From: an uncultured Bacteroidales bacterium
Lineage (GTDB): Bacteria; Bacteroidota; Bacteroidia; Bacteroidales; UBA7960
Length of the DNA: 64,000 bases
NCBI GenBank assembly: GCA_964491395.1
Contig: CAZBGI010000005.1
Span: 4,676-68,675 of the forward strand
Reading direction: 5' to 3'
A model generated the notes under the pieces. The model saw only the letters and a list, made by a program, of their open reading frames with translations. It searched no databases and was not told where the DNA came from. Position numbers and translations under genes: made by a program. Positions 37,287 to 44,455 of this stretch are shown here, in pieces (position 1 is the stretch's first letter; each line of letters begins with the position of its first letter).

Positions 37287-38561
37287 ATGGAAACCTTATT
37301 TCATTTTATGGTTCGTGCCTCGGTATTTCTGATGGTATTTGCATTGGGGTATTATTTTCTAAGAACTGCCGTACCCCGGGTGGGAAGATTTTATATCCTC
37401 TTATCTTTCATCTTGTCTTTGGGACTGGCAGGTATTGGTAAAATTCAAATCCCCATTGACATTGCTTCTGCTGATCCTGGGGCAACCCTGCTTTTGCCTG
37501 AGTTTATTCTGGAAGCACAGGATGGAATTGCTGCAGCAGGAAGCATGGCATGGAGCCAGTTTTCTTTTACCGGAATGTTCTTATTGATTCCTGCTTTGAT
37601 GGTAGCCTTTTTGCTGGGCCGGCTGTTGCTAAGGCTCAAGAGGATTTTTTCAGAGATACAAAAGCATCCCGGAGAACACCATGAAAATGTAAAACTGGTG
37701 TATATTGAACCCGAAAGGAGCCCATTCTCCTTTTTCCGGTGGATTTTTATCCCGGAGTCCCTGAAACAATCCAGCCATTTTGAAAAAGTGCTTTTGCACG
37801 AGAAGGCTCATTACTATCAACTTCATTCCTGGGATGTAATGTTTATGGAAGTTATGCGATTGTTATTCTGGTTTCATCCGGCGTGGTATTATTTAAAAAA
37901 AGCGTTGCTGGCAACCCATGAGTATGAAGCAGACAATTTTGTTCTGACGAAGTTTCCCCGGGTTGAATACCAGCAGGCCTTGCTGGATTGTGCCCTTGAT
38001 ATTCACTATTTACCTGTTACCAATCCTTTTAATGTTTCAATGATCAAAAAAAGATTTATTATGATGAACCAAAACCTGAAGCCCGACATGAAAAAAATGT
38101 GGATCCGACTGTTGTGGATCCTTCCCGTATTAGCTTTTGTTTTTGCCCTTCAATCCTTTGAATTGCAGTCCGGACTTTTACCGGTAGTTGCCGAAGCAGT
38201 TAATAATGAAAACAGCATATCTCCACCCCCTGACAAAGAGGAGGATGAAAAGGTATTTACCGTGGTAGAGGAAAGCCCTACGTTTCGCGGAGGACAGCAA
38301 GCAATGATGAATTTTTTGCAGGAGAACCTGACCTACCCACCCACAGCGCGTGAAGAAAAAATTCAGGGGACTGTATTTGTCACTTTCGTAGTGGAAAAAG
38401 ATGGTTCCATTACCGGTGTGAAAATTCTCAGAGGGGTACAACCAGATATAGATGCCGAAGCTATGCGCGTGGTAAAAGCGATGCCTGCATGGACACCGGG
38501 GTATCAGGATGACGAACCGGTAAGGGTTCAATTTAATTTGCCCATTCGTTTTGTGTTGTAG
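37287..38561 (+). CDS. BlaR1-like M56 metallopeptidase sensor fused to a TonB C-terminal domain
   Basis: 424 aa. TM segments, then the zinc motif LLHEKAHYYQLH (HExxH), a further TM, and a C-terminal TonB_C-like domain (ESPTFRGGQQAMMNFLQENLTYPPTAREEKIQGTVFVTFVVEKDGSI...VRVQFNLPIRF). Confidence 0.78.
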   Translation: METLFHFMVRASVFLMVFALGYYFLRTAVPRVGRFYILLSFILSLGLAGIGKIQIPIDIASADPGATLLLPEFILEAQDGIAAAGSMAWSQFSFTGMFLLIPALMVAFLLGRLLLRLKRIFSEIQKHPGEHHENVKLVYIEPERSPFSFFRWIFIPESLKQSSHFEKVLLHEKAHYYQLHSWDVMFMEVMRLLFWFHPAWYYLKKALLATHEYEADNFVLTKFPRVEYQQALLDCALDIHYLPVTNPFNVSMIKKRFIMMNQNLKPDMKKMWIRLLWILPVLAFVFALQSFELQSGLLPVVAEAVNNENSISPPPDKEEDEKVFTVVEESPTFRGGQQAMMNFLQENLTYPPTAREEKIQGTVFVTFVVEKDGSITGVKILRGVQPDIDAEAMRVVKAMPAWTPGYQDDEPVRVQFNLPIRFVL

Positions 38562-38639
38562 AATTGTTGAGGTTGCGGCGGTTGTGCCCGATTTCTGAAT
38601 TTATAATCCAATGTTGTTTTGTTAACCACACCTTCTCAA

Positions 38640-38662
38640 GGCAGGGAGTTCCTGCCTTTTTT
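38640..38662 (+). terminator. Rho-independent terminator
   Basis: Stem GGCAGG/CCTGCC with loop gagtt, followed by T6. It lies downstream of the BlaR1-like gene. Confidence 0.7.
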
Positions 38663-38813
38663 ATTGTGATGCCCTCCAATCAACACGAGTAGATTTTTTC
38701 TGTTTTTTGGCCGGACAACCTCAGTAATTATTTGAGGCTGTAAGCTAAAAGCTTGAGAGAATTTTCATTGAAAATAAACCCGACAATTGGCTGTAATTCA
38801 TCTGTAAAAATTG

Positions 38814-38821
38814 TATTTTTG
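38814..38821 (+). promoter_or_regulatory. -7 promoter box TATTTTTG
   Basis: Lies 58 nt upstream of the ATG at 38879 and downstream of the terminator at 38640-38662. Confidence 0.5.
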
Positions 38822-38878
38822 CGGCACCTATGTTTTTGATCAAAGCAATCGGTATTACCCAATTATATCTCTTCAGGA

Positions 38879-39391
38879 ATGCTTGGAAAAAATGAATTGA
38901 CAGGGGTTTTGGTTTCCTTCCCGGGAAAACGTTTTATTCCTGTAGCTCTCATGTTGTTGGTTTTTACAGTGGGTAAAACAAAGGGTGAAGGAAAGGAAAT
39001 TATCCTGATCAATGGCTCCCAGGTTTATAGTTTTACCCGGGAAGAATTTACCCTTAACGAATCGGTTCTAACGGATGAAAACATGGTATATTATCTTGTA
39101 GACGAATATCCTGTTTTTGAACAAATAAAAGAGATTAAAGATTTTGCTGAAAGCCTTATCGAATATCCGGAGGAAGCTATTGCAAGCCAGGTGGAGGGTG
39201 TGGTGATGGTAAACTTTATTGTTGAGAAAGACGGTACGGTAAGCAATCCACGATTTTTAAGAACCCTGGGTTTTGGATGTGAAGAAGAAGTGTTGCGTGT
39301 AATAAACAAATTGCCCGTTGCCCGTCCGGGAATGGTTTCCGGACGACCGGTCAGAGTAGGTATGACCGTCCCTGTTAGATTTAAGCTTTAA
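38879..39391 (+). CDS. Membrane-anchored TonB C-terminal-domain protein (no Pro-rich spacer)
   Basis: 170 aa with one N-terminal TM. C-terminal segment: EYPVFEQ...IEYPEEAIASQVEGVVMVNFIVEKDGTVSNPRFL...RPVRVGMTVPVRFKL. Confidence 0.7.
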   Translation: MLGKNELTGVLVSFPGKRFIPVALMLLVFTVGKTKGEGKEIILINGSQVYSFTREEFTLNESVLTDENMVYYLVDEYPVFEQIKEIKDFAESLIEYPEEAIASQVEGVVMVNFIVEKDGTVSNPRFLRTLGFGCEEEVLRVINKLPVARPGMVSGRPVRVGMTVPVRFKL

Positions 39392-39404
39392 TATAAATAA
39401 AACT

Positions 39405-41036
39405 ATGTCCTTAAAAAAAAGAGATCATTCTGAACAAACCAAAAGAATTGTCGGACTTTTGCTGGGGATCGCAGGATTCCTGATTCCGTGGCTGATCAAC
39501 TTTCCCGGATTATCCTTTGCAGGCCATATGGCGCTTGGCATCTTTCTGATGGCCGCTGTATTCTGGATTTTTGAAACGCTTCCCATCTACTCTACTTCTA
39601 TGCTGGTTATTTTCATGCAGGTTGCATTGTTAAGCCAGCAAGGGGTGATTTATTCAGACACTTCCTTGCCCAAAAGCCAGGTTGTTTCTCATATTGATGG
39701 ATTGTGGGAAGTGCCCTCTGATGCCGTTGACGGCAACCAGGTATATCTGGTGGAAGAATCCGGAAATTATACCCCCATTGAAGTGCAGGTGGTAGAATGG
39801 GGTGAAACGGTAAAGGTACAGAGCGATGAACTATCAGCAGATGCGCAGGTAGTAAGCGATGCACAACACAAACTGGTGGGCTACGACCCGATTTCCTTCA
39901 GCGAATTTTTTGGCACCCTGGCCAGCCCTATCATTATTCTTTTTCTGGGAGGATTTATCCTGGCCTCTGCGTCGGTCAAATACAATCTTGATAAGAATCT
40001 TACCAATGTTTTGTTGAAACCCTTTGGAGAAAAGCCAGTATTTATCGTGATGGGTTTGATGTTGGTTACGGCTACTTTATCTGCTTTTATGAGCAACACG
40101 GCCACTACCGCCATGATGATGACCGTGGCCATTCCTATTGCCCGGCAAATTGAAATGAAAGATAAATTCAGGATCATGCTTACGCTCAGCATCCCCATTG
40201 CTGCGAATATAGGAGGAATGGCCACACCCATTGGTACTCCTCCCAATGCCATTGTTATTGCCAACCTCAATCAACAGGGAATCAATATTGCTTTTGGAAG
40301 TTGGGTGGCATTAATGTTGCCGCTTGCCATTGGATTGTTGCTGCTGGCCTGGGTTAGCATGAGGTTTTTTTATCCCCCTGTTATCAAACGCTTTAAATTA
40401 GATCTGCAGAGTAAATTTGACAAATCTCCCAGAGCCCTTATTCTCTATGCTGTTTTTGCCATTACTGTATTGCTCTGGTTTACTGAAGCCAGTCATGGCA
40501 TCCCCAGCGCTATGATTGCGTTTATTCCTATTGTAACGCTTACTGTAACCAGTGTATTGAGCAAAGATGATATCCGTGCCTTGCCCTGGGAAGTTTTATG
40601 GCTGGTAGCCGGGGGTATTTCCCTGGGAATAAGCATGGAAAATACCGGGCTGGCAATGTGGCTGGTAGGTAGTATAAGCTGGGATATGCTTCCACAATTA
40701 GCCCTGTTGCTGGTATTTGGCCTGGTGGCTTTGATGTTGTCCAACTTTCTCTCCAATACCGTCACCGCTACTTTGCTGGTTCCCCTGGCCGTAAGTTTGG
40801 GTACAGCAGGAATTGCAGGTGAAGGATTCAGCCTGGTCATAACAAGCCTGGTAATAGGTTCGGCCTGTAACATGGCCATGTTGCTGCCCATTTCAACACC
40901 ACCCAATGCCATTGCCATGAGCACGGGTTATATCAGTACCGCAGATATGGTAAAAGTGGGCTTTGTGATTGGATTAATTGGAATAATAACCGCACTAATT
41001 CTTGCCAACTTCTACTGGCCATTAATCATTAATTAA
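39405..41036 (+). CDS. DASS/SLC13-family anion:sodium symporter with ~65-90-aa soluble insertion
   Basis: 543 aa. Duplicated hairpin motifs SAFMSNTATTAMM and NFLSNTVTATLL, with IGTPPNAIV / ISTPPNAIA (the DASS SNT/PPN signatures). Confidence 0.82.
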   Translation: MSLKKRDHSEQTKRIVGLLLGIAGFLIPWLINFPGLSFAGHMALGIFLMAAVFWIFETLPIYSTSMLVIFMQVALLSQQGVIYSDTSLPKSQVVSHIDGLWEVPSDAVDGNQVYLVEESGNYTPIEVQVVEWGETVKVQSDELSADAQVVSDAQHKLVGYDPISFSEFFGTLASPIIILFLGGFILASASVKYNLDKNLTNVLLKPFGEKPVFIVMGLMLVTATLSAFMSNTATTAMMMTVAIPIARQIEMKDKFRIMLTLSIPIAANIGGMATPIGTPPNAIVIANLNQQGINIAFGSWVALMLPLAIGLLLLAWVSMRFFYPPVIKRFKLDLQSKFDKSPRALILYAVFAITVLLWFTEASHGIPSAMIAFIPIVTLTVTSVLSKDDIRALPWEVLWLVAGGISLGISMENTGLAMWLVGSISWDMLPQLALLLVFGLVALMLSNFLSNTVTATLLVPLAVSLGTAGIAGEGFSLVITSLVIGSACNMAMLLPISTPPNAIAMSTGYISTADMVKVGFVIGLIGIITALILANFYWPLIIN

Positions 41037-41047
41037 ATATTCTTTTT

Positions 41048-41536
41048 ATGTCTGATATCTATATAATTTGTGTAGAAGACGAACCCCAGGTGCTGGATGT
41101 GATCATCCGTGATTTGGCTGACTTTGAAGAGATCTTTCCCATTGAACTGGCGCATTCAGCAAATGAGGCCAGAGAACTTATCAGGGAAATAAAAGAAGAG
41201 GGGCATAAAATTGGCCTTGCTTTGTGCGATCATATCATGCCCGGCGACAAGGGGATTGATCTGATGATTGAAATGCAACAAGACCCTTTTACGGAAAACA
41301 CCCGGAAGGTGCTTGTTACCGGGCAAGCCGGCCTGGAAGATACCATCCAGGCTGTGAACAATGCCAGACTCAACCGATACATTGCCAAACCCTGGAACCC
41401 CAAAGAACTGGTAGAAATAGTCAAGGATGAGCTTACCCAATATGTTATCAGGGAGGAGAAAGATTTGTTAAGGTTTTTACCTCTGCTGAATCAGGAAAAA
41501 ATTCAGGAGGCTATCCGTACCAAAGGGTATCTGTAA
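41048..41536 (+). CDS. Stand-alone response-regulator receiver protein
   Basis: 162 aa. ICVEDEP (acidic pocket), LALCDHIMPG (phospho-acceptor Asp), YIAKPW (conserved Lys). No DNA-binding or enzymatic output domain. Confidence 0.85.
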   Translation: MSDIYIICVEDEPQVLDVIIRDLADFEEIFPIELAHSANEARELIREIKEEGHKIGLALCDHIMPGDKGIDLMIEMQQDPFTENTRKVLVTGQAGLEDTIQAVNNARLNRYIAKPWNPKELVEIVKDELTQYVIREEKDLLRFLPLLNQEKIQEAIRTKGYL

Positions 41537-41548
41537 ATTAGCAATACC

Positions 41549-43048
41549 ATGCCTGAAAGAAAAAAACCTGCCAGGGAGCAGCGGCCGAATGTTATTGGTG
41601 CTTCAGCCCGACCTGTCTATGATAAATTTAGCTTTGTCAAAAGCATTAAAGAGAAAATTCCTGATTCTTTGCTGCTGAAAAGTTTGAAAAAGGAGTTTAA
41701 AGAAGAGGAGATAATGCTCAGGGAAAAGGATGTAAACGACAAGCTTTATATTATTCTGGAAGGGTATGTGGCCCAGATGAAGAAGGATGAAGATTCGGGC
41801 ACCCAGATAGGATTGCACGGGCCGGGTGACTTCATCGGGTTGTTATCTTTTCAGACGGGGGAGCCCGTTTTTACTACGGCCCGCGCCAGTACCGATGTTT
41901 CCAGCCTTTGTTTCGATCATCAAAGTTTTGAGGTATTTATGAACGAATATCCACAAATCAGTAAAACTTTGCAGGGGCTCATTTTTTCTAATCTTGCTGA
42001 CCGGTACAGGAAAGTGGTGATGCTACACGTAGAAGTAGCCAATTTATCACGCCAGCTGGAAGAAGAACGAAACCAGCTCAAGCGGGCCATTCAAGAGCTT
42101 GAACGTACCCGTAATGTACTTATTTCGCAGGAGAAAATGGCTACGCTTGGCGAGTTGACCTCTGGGTTGGCCCATGAAATTAATAATCCGGCTTCTGCTT
42201 TGCTCCGTTCGGTGGAATACCTCTCGGAGAATCTGCCTGATATGGCTGAGAAAGCCTCTTCATTGCCGGATACCGGGCTGGTAAGATTTTTTTTCGAAAC
42301 GGGTTTTAAGCGCGAGTTTGCAGATACTTCCGCGCAGCGCCAGCGAATGAAAGAACTACAATCAATGTATTCCGGTTTGTCCCGAAGCATGTTGCGCACC
42401 ATGGCTGAAATGGAGCCCGGGGTTGTTGAGAAACTAACCCCTTTTATCGGGTCCGCCAAAAACCAGCCTTTGTTGCAATTATTAATTGATGCATATCAGT
42501 CGGGTGCTTTTCTCAATTCCATTAAACTCTCCACCGCCCGCATAGAGTATCTGGTAAAAAGCCTTAAAAGTTACAGCCGGCAAGGGGGCAAAGATCCTGA
42601 AGTGTCAGATGTGAGAGATGGTATCAGGGAAACCCTTCAGATTATCGGAAACCGGTTGAAGGATATCAAAGTAGAAACCAACATGGAGCAGGTTTGTCCC
42701 GTAAAATGTTTCGTGGGTGAACTCAACCAGGTCTGGACCAATATTATTATCAATGCATGCGATGCAATGGAAGATAGAGGAGAACTCTTTATCTCGTGTT
42801 ATCCTGATCATGAAAAAAAGAAAGTTTTTGTCACCATTACAGATACAGGTCCGGGAGTGCCCAATAAAATCAAACAAAAAATATTTGATTCAAGCTTTAC
42901 CACCAAAACTGCAGGTGGTGATTTTGGTTTGGGTATTGGTTTGGCCATCACTAAAAATATAGTGGAAAAGCATCATGGAACCATCAAAGTAAAGGATCAT
43001 CCCGCCAAAGGTGCAGAGTTTGTTATCACTCTTCCCTTAGCCCAATAG
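41549..43048 (+). CDS. Cytoplasmic histidine kinase with N-terminal cyclic-nucleotide-binding-like domain
   Basis: 499 aa with no TM segment. CNB-like fold (LYIILEGYV...GPGDFIGLLSF...), a coiled-coil linker, H-box GLAHEINNP, and the N/G1/G2 boxes (NIIINACDAM, DTGPGV, GLGIGL). Confidence 0.85.
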   Translation: MPERKKPAREQRPNVIGASARPVYDKFSFVKSIKEKIPDSLLLKSLKKEFKEEEIMLREKDVNDKLYIILEGYVAQMKKDEDSGTQIGLHGPGDFIGLLSFQTGEPVFTTARASTDVSSLCFDHQSFEVFMNEYPQISKTLQGLIFSNLADRYRKVVMLHVEVANLSRQLEEERNQLKRAIQELERTRNVLISQEKMATLGELTSGLAHEINNPASALLRSVEYLSENLPDMAEKASSLPDTGLVRFFFETGFKREFADTSAQRQRMKELQSMYSGLSRSMLRTMAEMEPGVVEKLTPFIGSAKNQPLLQLLIDAYQSGAFLNSIKLSTARIEYLVKSLKSYSRQGGKDPEVSDVRDGIRETLQIIGNRLKDIKVETNMEQVCPVKCFVGELNQVWTNIIINACDAMEDRGELFISCYPDHEKKKVFVTITDTGPGVPNKIKQKIFDSSFTTKTAGGDFGLGIGLAITKNIVEKHHGTIKVKDHPAKGAEFVITLPLAQ

Positions 43049-43197
43049 CTGTTGGTGATCCTCTTTGCATTCAGGTTTATGAACTAAATCTGTTGATTAA
43101 GAGCAACTTTTTGATGGCTTTTGTAAACCAAAGGCATTATTTGTGGTTCTAAGGGTATCTTGTCTTGTAAAAAATTATTTTAACCAGCGTATTAAAA

Positions 43198-44445
43198 ATG
43201 ATACTCAATCTGATTTTTCTCATCCTGTTTATATTAGCTCTTGATTTTTACGGATATTATGGCCTGAAAAAACTGGGCCGCTACCCACCTTTCTCGAGGC
43301 GAAAAAAAATGATATTTCGTGTTTACTGGATAATGGATATTAGTTTTTTGGTTTTCGCCACCATCTGGACGCTTGTTATCCGCAACAGTTCCTGGGAAGA
43401 TTATGTGCAGTACAGAAGCTACTTTTATATTACGGGGGCTTTTATTCTTATTTTCCTGCCCAAAATTGTCTATCTTATCTTTACCCTACTTCATGATATC
43501 GTGTTGGTAATTAAGTGGTTGTACAGGAGGGCTTTCTCCCTGACAGAGCGAAATCATACTGCACGGCGGCCCCCGGTTTTACTTCTTGCAGGCTTTATTT
43601 TATCCTTGTTTATGTTTGGATGGGTTGCATATGGGATTCTTTACGGACGGTTTAACTTCCAGGTGAAAGAGGTTGAACTTGAGGTAGCTGATTTGCCCGA
43701 ATCTTTCGATGGATTTCGTATTATCCAGTTTTCGGATACCCATTTAGGTAGTTTTGCCCGCTCCCGGCCGGTATTAAGGGGGATACAAAAAATGGCTGAG
43801 ACTCCACACGATATGCTGGTTTTTACGGGCGATATGGTGAATAATGAAGCCATAGAAGCAGAAAAATTTGTGGATGCAATTGCCGGAATTGATTCCCCTC
43901 ATGGTAAGTTCTCCATCCTGGGAAATCACGATATGGGAGATTACCGCAGGTGGTACACCCTGGAAGAAAAGGCAGCCAACCTGGAGCAGTTGGAAGAATA
44001 TCAGGCCGAAATGGGATTTGAGATGTTGAGAAATGAACATCGGTTCATTCGCAAAGGAAATGATTCTATCATGATTATCGGAGTGGATAACTGGGGCTTA
44101 CCTCCTTTTGCGCAACTGGGAGACCTGAAACAAGCAGCAGGAGAAAACGCAGACTTTCCCACTCAAATATTGCTTTCCCACGATCCATCTCACTGGGCTG
44201 AAGAGGTTGTTCCTCAAACAGATATCTTTCTTACCCTTTCCGGGCACACGCATGGAATGCAGGCGGGTATCAGAACTGCCTGGTTTCAGCTGAGTCCTGT
44301 GGCTCTGAAATACGAACACTGGAATGGACTTTACAGCGACGATAATCAGTTTTTGTATGTGAACCGTGGTTTTGGATTTATCGGATTCCCGGGAAGAATG
44401 GGGATGCGACCGGAGATAACCCTGTTTACACTGAAACGCCAATAA
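43198..44445 (+). CDS. Membrane-bound metallophosphoesterase (YkuE/YaeI-like)
   Basis: 415 aa. About 5 N-terminal TM segments, then the calcineurin-like motifs FSDTHLG, GDMVNN, GNHD, GHTHG. Confidence 0.85.
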   Translation: MILNLIFLILFILALDFYGYYGLKKLGRYPPFSRRKKMIFRVYWIMDISFLVFATIWTLVIRNSSWEDYVQYRSYFYITGAFILIFLPKIVYLIFTLLHDIVLVIKWLYRRAFSLTERNHTARRPPVLLLAGFILSLFMFGWVAYGILYGRFNFQVKEVELEVADLPESFDGFRIIQFSDTHLGSFARSRPVLRGIQKMAETPHDMLVFTGDMVNNEAIEAEKFVDAIAGIDSPHGKFSILGNHDMGDYRRWYTLEEKAANLEQLEEYQAEMGFEMLRNEHRFIRKGNDSIMIIGVDNWGLPPFAQLGDLKQAAGENADFPTQILLSHDPSHWAEEVVPQTDIFLTLSGHTHGMQAGIRTAWFQLSPVALKYEHWNGLYSDDNQFLYVNRGFGFIGFPGRMGMRPEITLFTLKRQ

Positions 44446-44455
44446 TGCAGCAGTT

